Positions 50,714 to 59,256 of a stretch of 64,000 bases of DNA are shown piece after piece. Origin of the DNA: Acidaminococcales bacterium. Lineage in GTDB: Bacteria; Bacillota; Negativicutes; Acidaminococcales; JAISLQ01. Below the pieces are notes generated by a model. The model was given only the letters and a program-made list of their open reading frames with translations. It was not told where the DNA came from and did not search any database. The translations under genes and the position numbers were made by a program. Each line of letters begins with the position of its first letter. Position 1 is the first letter of the stretch. The DNA lies in assembly GCA_031552765.1 (NCBI GenBank), contig JAVBME010000008.1:66095-130094 (forward strand). Direction: 5' to 3'.

Positions 50714-51610
50714 CTACTCAATGTTTTGGATCTGTTCGCGTATTTTTTCTATCTCACTCTTCATTTCCACTGTTATCTGAGTTATAGTAGAGTCATTTGC
50801 TTTAGAAGCTATGGTATTTACCTCACGGTTGAACTCTTGAATGATGAAGTCCAGTTTGCGGCCAACTGCGCCGGGAAAATCTACGGCGGCGCGAAACTGT
50901 TTTATATGGCTTTTCAGTCTTACTATTTCTTCGGTGATACTTGTCTTATCGGCAAAAATTGCCACTTCATGCAGTATTTTATCCTGATCAATCGTTTGCT
51001 GCACATCTTTTAGCAGTTCATTAACCCGTTCAGTTATTTTAACATGAAACTCTTTCACTACTTCCGGCGCTCTATCTTCTACCAGTTGCAGTTGCCGCTC
51101 AATAGTGTTTATACGTACGCAAAGATCATGGTAAATATTTGCTCCTTCAACTTCACGCATTCTCAAGAGATTGTCAATAGCCAAAGCTACAGATGTTGAC
51201 AGTGCCTCCCAGTAATCTTCGGCATCGCTGGTAGTCTCTTCAGTGCTAACAACACCGGATGAACGCATGATAAAAAGCAGTTCCTGCCAATCAGGCACTT
51301 CCGCCTTAAGCTCTACCGCAGAAGCTACTTCTTTCAGCGCATTATGATAGGCGACCGCAAGGTCGCGGTCGATTTTGAGCGAGCATTTACCGGTGGAATT
51401 GTCCGACATGTTTATAAACACATCTACCCGGCCACGGTTGACAGCATTCGCTATTTGCCGCCTCACCCGGTCTTCGAGCGGATTCAATACCCGTGGCAAG
51501 CGTATAGCTATTTCATTATACCTGTGGTTTACCGCTTTCATCTCTATGGTAAAAGACAGCTTTTCATCGGCGTATTCGCCACGCCCAAATCCTGTCATGC
51601 TTTTTAGCAA
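50714..51610 (-). CDS. yicC: YicC/YloC family endoribonuclease
   Basis: 298 aa with [11 protein letters not shown] and a C-terminal DUF1732-like [13 protein letters not shown]. Confidence 0.88.
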   Translation of the reverse strand: MLKSMTGFGRGEYADEKLSFTIEMKAVNHRYNEIAIRLPRVLNPLEDRVRRQIANAVNRGRVDVFINMSDNSTGKCSLKIDRDLAVAYHNALKEVASAVELKAEVPDWQELLFIMRSSGVVSTEETTSDAEDYWEALSTSVALAIDNLLRMREVEGANIYHDLCVRINTIERQLQLVEDRAPEVVKEFHVKITERVNELLKDVQQTIDQDKILHEVAIFADKTSITEEIVRLKSHIKQFRAAVDFPGAVGRKLDFIIQEFNREVNTIASKANDSTITQITVEMKSEIEKIREQIQNIE

Positions 51611-51630
51611 TTTAGCACCTCGAAATCATT

Positions 51631-52470
51631 TTATAGTAAAGATCCAAATTTTATATAAAATTTACGCTCATGCTCATTTTGTACGTCTATTGATAAAACA
51701 GACGCGGCGTTTCTATCCAGCTCACGCATGTCAAAATAGAAAAACACTTGCAACCGGTAAAGGTCTGGAACTGTTTTTTCTATTATAACAGGCTCCGGCT
51801 TTACTTCTACCGGCTGCACAGGTTGCTGCGGCTGTTTTTTATCATCGGCATTCTTCTTTGTTTTCTTATCATCTTTTTTGTCTTTTTTACTGTCCGTATC
51901 CTTGTTCTTATCTTCGCTGTTCTTATTACTGTCGCCGGTTACGGCGGGAGTTTGTTTTTGCGTCTCTGTGATCGGCGGCGGCTGAACGACTTCTTTTATG
52001 ACTTTTGTTTTTACTACCACCAATTCTTGCATGTTAACGGCATAAGGATGGATAATTTTACCGTTTTGGCTTAAAGCGGCGCTTATATTATCCGCTACAT
52101 TTTTTTTGAGGTTTTCGCCGTCACGCACAAATAACACTAAACAAAAAGGCAGTGAATTCTGATAGCCATCCAGCATTATCTGTCCGTCAGACAAGTTGAT
52201 AGTCTGGCTGGCCAAAAGGCGTTCGCGCGCATTGACCGCCACTAGATAGTACGGCGTATATGTATACGCGCGCTCGCTAAAATTATCTAAGGCTTTGCTT
52301 TTTTCTTCATATACCATCCATGGCTTGCCAAAGACAGGCAGTTCCTCTTGGTAATGCATGACTCCATATTCTTGTGCATCTTTTATTCTGGCATCATTCA
52401 TAACAGCAAACGCTGAAACTTGACTTGTGTAAAATAAAATGAATATTACTGCAAGAATAAATTTCTTCAT
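51631..52470 (-). CDS. hypothetical secreted protein with a Lys/Asp-rich disordered linker
   Basis: 279 aa with the signal peptide MKKFILAVIFILFYTSQVSAFA and a GGAGG RBS. The central low-complexity stretch is SNKNSEDKNKDTDSKKDKKDDKKTKKNADDKKQPQQPVQPVEVKPEP. Confidence 0.6.
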   Translation of the reverse strand: MKKFILAVIFILFYTSQVSAFAVMNDARIKDAQEYGVMHYQEELPVFGKPWMVYEEKSKALDNFSERAYTYTPYYLVAVNARERLLASQTINLSDGQIMLDGYQNSLPFCLVLFVRDGENLKKNVADNISAALSQNGKIIHPYAVNMQELVVVKTKVIKEVVQPPPITETQKQTPAVTGDSNKNSEDKNKDTDSKKDKKDDKKTKKNADDKKQPQQPVQPVEVKPEPVIIEKTVPDLYRLQVFFYFDMRELDRNAASVLSIDVQNEHERKFYIKFGSLL

Positions 52471-52581
52471 AAAAAACTACCTCCTGTGCAATAAAGAGAG
52501 ATACGCCATTATATGCAATAAATCCTGCTAAAAAACACATTTAAATATGATTAGTTTATTTATTAAAGCAAAAATCCTCTT

Positions 52582-53415
52582 TTAAAGCAGTAATTCACCG
52601 GTAAAAACTTTTATTGCCGGCCCGGTCATATATACATGCCCGTTTTCTTCAGACCATTCTATAAACAGGCTGCCGCCGTCAAGCACTACTTCTGCCTTGC
52701 GCCCGGTTTTACCCAAGAGCGCACCGGCCACGACGGTTGCGCACGATCCTGTACCGCAAGCTAAGGTTATGCCGGCGCCACGTTCCCAGACGCGCATGCG
52801 TACTGTTTTCTTGTCGATGATTTCCACAAACTCGATATTAGCTTTTGCCGGAAAGATGTCATGTTTTTCCAGTAATGGACCCACCTTGGCAATATCTATT
52901 GCCGCCAGTTTGTCCACGAAAATGACAAAGTGCGGGTTACCCATAGACACGCCCTGACCAAAAAATTCCTGCTCTGCTACCACTATTTTGGCCTGACTGT
53001 TTTCCGTAGCCGCTCCCGCCATCGGGATAAGCTCTCTTTTTAGCTTGGGCTCTCCCATATCTACGCATATGTTTGTTATTTCCCCGTTTTCGATTATAAG
53101 CCGGGGTTGCATTATACCGGCCAGTGTTTCTACCTTCATTTCGGTTTTATTTACCCGGCCGCTTTCATACATGTGTTTGGCCGCGCAACGGATAAGATTG
53201 CCGCACATCTCCGCCTCGCTGCCGTCGGAGTTTATCAGGCGCATACGAAAATCCGCCTTGTCCGTCGTTTCCAGAAGGCAAAGCCCGTCGGCTCCCACAC
53301 CAAAATTGCGGTCACAGATTTTCCGGGCAAAACCGGCTATATCTTCGCACTGAAAATCCATATCATCGGGTATGATAAAATCATTACCCAGACCTTGCCA
53401 TTTACTAAACCTCAT
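52582..53415 (-). CDS. dapF: diaminopimelate epimerase
   Basis: The start is reassigned to ATG 53415 (MRFSKWQGLGNDF), preceded by GAGGTG. Catalytic cysteines are in MCGN and ACGTGS. Confidence 0.93.
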   Translation of the reverse strand: MRFSKWQGLGNDFIIPDDMDFQCEDIAGFARKICDRNFGVGADGLCLLETTDKADFRMRLINSDGSEAEMCGNLIRCAAKHMYESGRVNKTEMKVETLAGIMQPRLIIENGEITNICVDMGEPKLKRELIPMAGAATENSQAKIVVAEQEFFGQGVSMGNPHFVIFVDKLAAIDIAKVGPLLEKHDIFPAKANIEFVEIIDKKTVRMRVWERGAGITLACGTGSCATVVAGALLGKTGRKAEVVLDGGSLFIEWSEENGHVYMTGPAIKVFTGELLL

Positions 53416-53577
53416 AACAACACCTCGCAACATTATGAATAAATATAGAAATAAAATTCAAAGATTGGCAGGATATATTTTATCATGGAACAAGCTATTT
53501 AACAAGTTCTATCATTGACCGGCAGCTATATATGGCATATACTTAAACAAAATCTTCATTGGGGGAGCACTACAGCT

Positions 53578-55302
53578 ATGAATCTTGAGGGCATTGCCAT
53601 ATCGCTGCAAAAAGATTTTCTCTGCGAAAAACTGCCAGGCGCGCGTATAGATAAAATATATCAGCCGGAACGCCTTTCGCTGTTTTTCCAGTTAAGGAAT
53701 AATAACTCCAATATGTTTTTTTATGCAACTTGCGGAAACTCGCCACACATTCGCATAACAGATAAAACACCGGAAAATCCGGAAAATCCCCCCTCTTTTT
53801 GCATGTTGCTCAGGAAACATTTGGAAAATGGCCGGATAATGCAAATAGCCCAGCATAAACTGGACCGGATAATTATTATGGATATAGATACATTGGGCAA
53901 GGGTAAAAATATAGTAACAAAACAACTGGTTTTTGAGTTGACAGGAAAAAGCAGTAACATAATTTTTTTGCAGGACAATATTATCATTGATTGTTTAAAA
54001 CATATCGGACCGTCGGTCAGCCGTTTCAGGCAATTGCTGCCCGGCCGCGAATACATGCCGCCGCCGCAAAAAGAAGGTTTTAATATATTGTCGGCTCAGG
54101 CGCTAGAGATAGTCCACGCTTTGCCTGCAAGCGCTAAATCACTCAGTAAAAGTTTGATAGAACAGACATTGGGCATCGGTCCGCTCACCGCAAACGAGAT
54201 CGCCTGGCGCGCCGGCCTCCCACCCGACCTGCCGGCCGCTAATCTTGATGCAAAAGACAGCGTAGCTTTATGTGAGGCGATAGAAAGCATAGTACTGCCG
54301 ATAAAAAATAATGCCGCCCGCTCTTTCGTTGCTGTAGATAATGAAGGCGGCCTCCTTGCGGTAGCTCCTTTCGCGCCTCAGCATTTGCCGTCAGGACAAG
54401 TAAAAGAATTTGCCACAATGAATGCGGCAATCTCCTTTGCCATTAAGTTGCAACCGGCGAAAAGCCCTCTAAATGTCACCCTGTCTAAACAGGTTCGGAG
54501 CGAAATAACGCGCCTCGAAAAGAAAATGGATATCCTTAGCGAAGAAACAGTTGCGGCCCAGAATGCGGACAGGTTAAAAGAAACGGCCGATAATATAATG
54601 TCCCAGCTCTATGCCATAAAAAAAGGGGAAGAGCTTTGCCTTGTCACAGATATTTTTACCGGCGAACAGATAGAAATCAAACTGGATCCCTTGCTTACTC
54701 CGGTAGAAAATGCCCAGCGTTACTACAAACTATATAATAAGGCCAAACGCGCTGTCAGCCAATTGCAGCAGCAAACGCGCGAAAGCTCTGAATTGCTGGA
54801 TTACCTTATGGGGGTAGAGTTTTCTTTAGAAGAAGCAAAAACGTCCGGCGAGGTTTTGGAAATAAAAAATGAACTTCTTGCCGCCGGTATACTACAGGAA
54901 AAAACTTACCGCCCGCTTCGTACGCAAATAAGCCAACCCTGGAAAATAACTCTGGCGTCAGGGGCTATCATATATGTAGGAAAAAACAACCGGCAAAATG
55001 ACCAACTGACCTTTAAAACAGCAAAAGCAGGCGATCTGTGGCTGCATGCCAAAAACATCCCGGGCTCTCATGTAATATTGCAAAACAGCAGCCCGGACAA
55101 CCAGGAAGGCCTCTTTACCGCCGCGCTTTTGGCGGCTTGGTTTAGTAAGGCACGCAGATCTTCCAACATACCGGTCGATTACACATTTAAAAAACATGTC
55201 AAAAAACCGGCCGGCGCCCGGCCAGGCTTCGTCATTTACGAACAGCAGAAAACCATCCAAGTAACTACTGATGAAGAAAAAATCAAACACATACTCCAAT
55301 GA
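53578..55302 (+). CDS. rqcH: ribosome quality control protein RqcH (NFACT/FbpA family)
   Basis: The track ORF starts at 53515; ATG 53578 (MNLEGIAISLQKDF...) is the likely start. NFACT-N, a coiled coil and an NFACT-R/DUF814 block (LHAKNIPGSHVIL). Confidence 0.88.
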   Translation: MNLEGIAISLQKDFLCEKLPGARIDKIYQPERLSLFFQLRNNNSNMFFYATCGNSPHIRITDKTPENPENPPSFCMLLRKHLENGRIMQIAQHKLDRIIIMDIDTLGKGKNIVTKQLVFELTGKSSNIIFLQDNIIIDCLKHIGPSVSRFRQLLPGREYMPPPQKEGFNILSAQALEIVHALPASAKSLSKSLIEQTLGIGPLTANEIAWRAGLPPDLPAANLDAKDSVALCEAIESIVLPIKNNAARSFVAVDNEGGLLAVAPFAPQHLPSGQVKEFATMNAAISFAIKLQPAKSPLNVTLSKQVRSEITRLEKKMDILSEETVAAQNADRLKETADNIMSQLYAIKKGEELCLVTDIFTGEQIEIKLDPLLTPVENAQRYYKLYNKAKRAVSQLQQQTRESSELLDYLMGVEFSLEEAKTSGEVLEIKNELLAAGILQEKTYRPLRTQISQPWKITLASGAIIYVGKNNRQNDQLTFKTAKAGDLWLHAKNIPGSHVILQNSSPDNQEGLFTAALLAAWFSKARRSSNIPVDYTFKKHVKKPAGARPGFVIYEQQKTIQVTTDEEKIKHILQ

Positions 55303-55304
55303 TG

Positions 55305-55351
55305 AAAAACAGCAGGCAGCTTGAAAGATGGAAAGCTGCCCGCTGTTTTTT
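55305..55351. terminator. bidirectional terminator between convergent rqcH and the PAP2 gene
   Basis: AAAAACAGCAGGCAGCTT-gaaagatgg-AAGCTGCCCGCTGTTTTTT, about 13 bp of stem with one mismatch. Confidence 0.8.
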
Positions 55352-56096
55352 AATGTCCCAGTAAATGTTTTTTATTCATATTTATTCGCAGCTTAGCAAG
55401 CACATCTGGCTGCTCCACCAGCCTGTTTATCAATAGCAATATTGACCAGGCCAGCGCGGTGACAAAAAGCGTGTGACTTAAAAAATGCTCGCCTCTTAAC
55501 ATTTGGTAGATGCCCATATACCAGCCTAACCCCAAGGCTAACGCCCGCGCTATACGGCGCTTTTTTTCTTCGGCAAAACAAAAATACAATACCATCAAGG
55601 CCAGCCCCCCGCTGGCATGGCCGGCGGGAAAACCGGCGCCGCGCGAAATCTGCACAAAATTTGCCGGGTATTTTCTTAGCGCTGGCGCGTAAGGATTGGC
55701 GCCATTATAACGCTGTATCTGGTAAGGGCAATATACATTGGTGATATCTTTCAATATACCGACACAAGAAGGAATGAGCGCTAAGGCCAGAAAAATCTTA
55801 AGGAAATTTTTCCGCCATTGCAGGAAGGCTCCTGTTTTCCGTGAATATATGTATGCGCCAATATTCAGTGCAGCAAATATGATCAAAAATGTTTTTGGCA
55901 GTGTGTACAGCAAAAAACCCCATTGTTCGTGAAAAACCTTACTGATAAACCATTGCCCGGTCTGGCGGTTGAAGAACAAATCCTGTAACCAAAGGTCAAA
56001 AGGGGTAAAACTTTCGAAAAACAAAATTATCACCATAGCAAACATTGGAAAGGAAAGTTTTTTTAGAAATGATCTCTTCTCTTTCATAATAATCAT
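55350..56096 (-). CDS. PAP2 superfamily membrane phosphatase (lipid phosphatase type)
   Basis: 248 aa, polytopic, with FPAGHASGG (PSGH-like) and RGEHFLSHTL blocks. The start is either ATG 56096 or, better spaced from the RBS, ATG 56087. Confidence 0.75.
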   Translation of the reverse strand: MIIMKEKRSFLKKLSFPMFAMVIILFFESFTPFDLWLQDLFFNRQTGQWFISKVFHEQWGFLLYTLPKTFLIIFAALNIGAYIYSRKTGAFLQWRKNFLKIFLALALIPSCVGILKDITNVYCPYQIQRYNGANPYAPALRKYPANFVQISRGAGFPAGHASGGLALMVLYFCFAEEKKRRIARALALGLGWYMGIYQMLRGEHFLSHTLFVTALAWSILLLINRLVEQPDVLAKLRINMNKKHLLGH

Positions 56097-56128
56097 CTCT
56101 CCTAAAAATTTTATATTTAGGAGAGATG
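56094..56128 (-). promoter_or_regulatory. perfect 13 bp hairpin that pairs the Shine-Dalgarno sequence and first ATG of the PAP2 gene
   Basis: CATCTCTCCTAAA (56094-56106) and TTTAGGAGAGATG (56116-56128) are exact reverse complements separated by a 9 nt loop. Confidence 0.55.
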
Positions 56129-56161
56129 ATACAGGACATGATTGAAATTTTCATGAAAATC

Positions 56162-57103
56162 TTACAAAGTTATATCTGCAGCACCTGTCAGGGTCTGCTT
56201 AGCCTGGCTGATTATCCTCTCAATAACTTCTTTGCAGGGTTTTATATCTTTTAAAACATAGAGGCTCTGTCCTACCTGTACGGCGCCGTTTTCCACATCG
56301 CCGTCTACCGAACCTTTGCGGTTGGTACCGGCCGCCATTTGGTTGAGTTCATCCTGCGGCGCTCCGCTGACTTCTTTAGCCATGAAACGCTCAGTAAAAG
56401 CGTTGCGTAGGCTGCGCACGCCATAGTTGCGCGAATAGCCGGTCACTACCGAGTCGGTATCTACGGCTTCCACTATTTTCTGTTTGAAATCCGGATGAGC
56501 CGGGCACTCGTCGGTGAGCAGGAACCTTGAACCCATCTGTACGCCTGATGCTCCCATCAAAAGAGCCGCCGCCATGGCCCGACCGTCGGATATGCCGCCT
56601 GCTACTAGTACCGGCAAATTGACCAATGGTATGACATTGCTCATCAAGGCCATTGAGGTAAGGGTGCCAATATGGCCGCCGCCTTCCATACCTTCGATGA
56701 CTATCGCGTCCGCGCCTTTTTCTTCCACTCTTTTTGCCAGTTTTACACTGGGCACTACAGGAATTATTTTGACGCCGCTCTTTTTAAGCTGCTCAAAAAA
56801 TGGCACCGGATTGCCCGCGCCGATAGTCATAAAGGCGACTTTTTCTTCACAGGCTACATCGACTATTTTTTCCACCTGCGGCGTCATGAGGGTGATATTT
56901 ATGCCAAAGGGTTTGTCGGTAAGTTTTTTTGCTTTTTGTATTTCTTCACGCGACCATTCCACCGTGCGCCCGCCTGTGCCAATTATGCCGGCGCCGCCGG
57001 CGTTGGAGACTGCCGCCGCCAATACGGCGTCTGATGCCCAAGCCATGCCCCCCTGTATTATCGGATATTTTATGCCTAATAACTGCGTCAAACGGTTTTG
57101 CAT
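56162..57103 (-). CDS. NPD-fold FMN oxidoreductase (nitronate monooxygenase / FabK-like enoyl-ACP reductase family)
   Basis: The start is reassigned to ATG 57103 (MQNRLTQLLGIKYPIIQGGMAW), preceded by AAGGAGAGG. A GGHIG block is present. Confidence 0.75.
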   Translation of the reverse strand: MQNRLTQLLGIKYPIIQGGMAWASDAVLAAAVSNAGGAGIIGTGGRTVEWSREEIQKAKKLTDKPFGINITLMTPQVEKIVDVACEEKVAFMTIGAGNPVPFFEQLKKSGVKIIPVVPSVKLAKRVEEKGADAIVIEGMEGGGHIGTLTSMALMSNVIPLVNLPVLVAGGISDGRAMAAALLMGASGVQMGSRFLLTDECPAHPDFKQKIVEAVDTDSVVTGYSRNYGVRSLRNAFTERFMAKEVSGAPQDELNQMAAGTNRKGSVDGDVENGAVQVGQSLYVLKDIKPCKEVIERIISQAKQTLTGAADITL

Positions 57104-57243
57104 TTCATTCCTCTCCTTTTGAGCATAATTGTAAAAATACACTGTTGTTTTCAGTGATACCGTATACATAGTATCGCAGAAAACTCTTGTAACTGTCAAA
57201 TATAAGAATTTTTTTCCGCTACTTTTCTTTTTAATACATTATG

Positions 57244-57258
57244 TTATAATAGTTATCG
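57244..57258 (+). promoter_or_regulatory. extended -10 promoter element overlapped by a Fur-family-like box
   Basis: TGt-TATAAT lies at 57242-57250. TTATAATAGTTATCG matches the 7-1-7 Fur consensus TGATAATnATTATCA at 11 of 14 specified positions. Confidence 0.4.
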
Positions 57259-57303
57259 TCAACTAACACTGTTTCCGTTATATAACTTTTGAGGTGATAT
57301 ATT

Positions 57304-58557
57304 TTGCGCTCCCAACTGGATATCAATAACACTATTTTTGACATTACAGAAAAACATCCTGAAACCGTCGATTTTTTCGTCGCCAACGGTTTCCCCCAGT
57401 TTTCCGACAATCAAATGAGAAGTTTATTAGGTAAAGCAGTAACTTTGCGGGAAGCATTATTAAGCAAAAGAATCAATCATGAGGTTTTTTTACAAAAACT
57501 TGATGATATCATCACGCAAAACAGCATTGCTATTGAGCTGGGCCTGACCGAGGCCAAACGGGAAAACGGCGGCGCTATCCGTATTGAGGGCGTGTTGCCC
57601 TGCCCTATCCGCATACCGTTTTTGGAAAAGTTCAGCCGCTGGCTGGAGGAAAATGAAAATAAACTGGGATTTACGGCCGACTTTGATTTGCGTCCGGCCA
57701 GCATGGGCGTTTCCTGGATAAAGGAGCGCATAATTGCCAATAAAGAAAACGCTGAAGAAAAGCTGACCGATATATTTATGTCGGCCGGCTTTGAATTGTT
57801 TTTTGAGAACAATCTGATTAAAAAATATAAAGACAGGGGCATTTTTGAAAATATTACAGGTGTTGCTAAATTGAATACCGATTTTGACAATCAGCATATC
57901 GATTTAAAAGACCCGGACAATCATTACGCGGTCATCGGCGTAGTGCCGGCAATTTTTATAGTTAATAAGACCCTCCTTAGCAACCGCCCCCTTCCTGCGA
58001 CATGGGAAGACCTGCTGCGGCCGGAGTTTGCCGACTGTGTATCTTTGCCGCTGGAAGACCTCGACATGTTTGACGCCATATTATTAAATATCTATAAAAA
58101 ATACGGTGCAGACGGCGTAGCTAAGCTGGGTAAAGCTATGCTCAAAAGCATGCACCCGGCAGCCATGCTCAAATCTTACCTGGCTGGCGACGCGAAAAGC
58201 GTACCGGTAGTTTCCGTGCTGCCTTATTTTTTCGCCAAAACAATGCCGCCAGGCAGTCCGTTTGTCACAGTCTGGCCTAAAGACGGAGCGATAATCAGCC
58301 CCATATATTTGATAACGAAAAAATCCAGCCAACACCTGACCAAACCCTTTGTTGATTTTCTTTTTTCCAAGGAGATCGGCGATGTTTTCTCCGTGCAGGG
58401 CTTTTTCCCCTCCACCCATCCGCAAGTGGACAACGGTTTTGGTGAAGGGCAGAACTTCATGTGGCTGGGCTGGGACTACATAAAAGAAAACGATATCGGC
58501 AGGCTTATTGCCCAAACAAAACATATCTTCTACAAAGAAATGGAGGAAAAAAAATAG
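57304..58557 (+). CDS. DUF1858-like N-terminal domain fused to a periplasmic-binding-protein-like (ABC substrate-binding fold) domain; no signal peptide
   Basis: 417 aa with a TTG start 7 nt after GAGGTG. The N-terminus NTIFDITEKHPETVDFFVANGF...TLREAL is DUF1858-like. The body carries SBP-type blocks (AVIGVVPAIFIVNK, PATWEDLLRPEF). No hydrophobic leader or lipobox is present. Confidence 0.6.
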   Translation: MRSQLDINNTIFDITEKHPETVDFFVANGFPQFSDNQMRSLLGKAVTLREALLSKRINHEVFLQKLDDIITQNSIAIELGLTEAKRENGGAIRIEGVLPCPIRIPFLEKFSRWLEENENKLGFTADFDLRPASMGVSWIKERIIANKENAEEKLTDIFMSAGFELFFENNLIKKYKDRGIFENITGVAKLNTDFDNQHIDLKDPDNHYAVIGVVPAIFIVNKTLLSNRPLPATWEDLLRPEFADCVSLPLEDLDMFDAILLNIYKKYGADGVAKLGKAMLKSMHPAAMLKSYLAGDAKSVPVVSVLPYFFAKTMPPGSPFVTVWPKDGAIISPIYLITKKSSQHLTKPFVDFLFSKEIGDVFSVQGFFPSTHPQVDNGFGEGQNFMWLGWDYIKENDIGRLIAQTKHIFYKEMEEKK

Positions 58558-58558
58558 C

Positions 58559-59254
58559 ATGGATCTGGCGATTTTTTCCGGCCCTCCATCTTCCGGCAAG
58601 ACCTCCGTCATTTTAAAAGTGATAGATGCTTTGCAAAAGAGAAATGTTTGCGCCGGCGTCGTAAAATTTGACTGCCTGTACACCGATGACGACCTTTCGT
58701 ATAAAAAAGCCGGCATACCTGTGAAAAAAGGACTGTCCGGCGCATTATGCCCCGACCATTTTTTTGCCGCCAATATCGAAGAAGTTGTCGCTTGGGGAAA
58801 AAATTTATCTTTAGACCTTCTTGTTACCGAATCGGCCGGGTTGTGCAACCGCTGTTCTCCTTATTTGAAAGAAACAACAGCCGTCTGCGTCATCGATAAC
58901 CTGTCCGGCATAAATACGCCGAAAAAAATTGGCCCGATGCTCAAAGCCGCCGATATTGCGGTAATAACCAAGGGTGATATCGTATCCCAGGCGGAGCGTG
59001 AAGTTTTTGCCACCAGGGTCATGTCGGTAAACCCCAAAGCCAGGGTCATGCATGTGAATGGTTTGACCGGACAGGGCGCTTTTGAGTTGAGCAAGCATAT
59101 TTTTGAAAGCAAAAAAGACATCTCTTCTGTAGAAAATATGCAGCTGAGGTTTTCCATGCCGGCCGCGCTCTGCTCTTACTGCCTGGGCGAAACGCGTATC
59201 GGCGAAAGTTACCAACTGGGCAATATCAAAAAAATAGATTTGGCAGGCGGCTGA
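58559..59254 (+). CDS. G3E-class P-loop GTPase related to UreG/HypB/CobW metallochaperones
   Basis: The start is reassigned to ATG 58559, 1 nt after the upstream stop. Motifs are GPPSSGKTS, LCPDH, LLVTESAGLCNRC, ITKGD and a C-terminal CSYC. Confidence 0.7.
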   Translation: MDLAIFSGPPSSGKTSVILKVIDALQKRNVCAGVVKFDCLYTDDDLSYKKAGIPVKKGLSGALCPDHFFAANIEEVVAWGKNLSLDLLVTESAGLCNRCSPYLKETTAVCVIDNLSGINTPKKIGPMLKAADIAVITKGDIVSQAEREVFATRVMSVNPKARVMHVNGLTGQGAFELSKHIFESKKDISSVENMQLRFSMPAALCSYCLGETRIGESYQLGNIKKIDLAGG

Positions 59255-59256
59255 CT

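Noticed and set aside
51800-51960. Repetitive-looking DNA (ctt/ttt/gtc periodic runs) checked as a possible tandem repeat or CRISPR-like array
   Set aside because: It is the coding sequence of the Lys/Asp-rich linker of the secreted protein. It has no regular repeat-spacer periodicity and no exact repeat units.
56147-56160. Perfect 14 nt palindrome ATTTTCATGAAAAT at the stop codon of the FabK-like gene
   Set aside because: It is short and entirely AT-rich apart from the centre. It has no loop, so it cannot form a hairpin. There is no second copy in the window and no known operator that I can match. It cannot be distinguished from chance.
57200-57303. A cobalamin or other riboswitch was looked for ahead of the BtuB-sized TonB receptor operon
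   Set aside because: Only about 50 nt separate the -10 element from the start codon. There is no B12-box or structured leader, so any regulation is more likely protein-mediated (see the Fur-like box).
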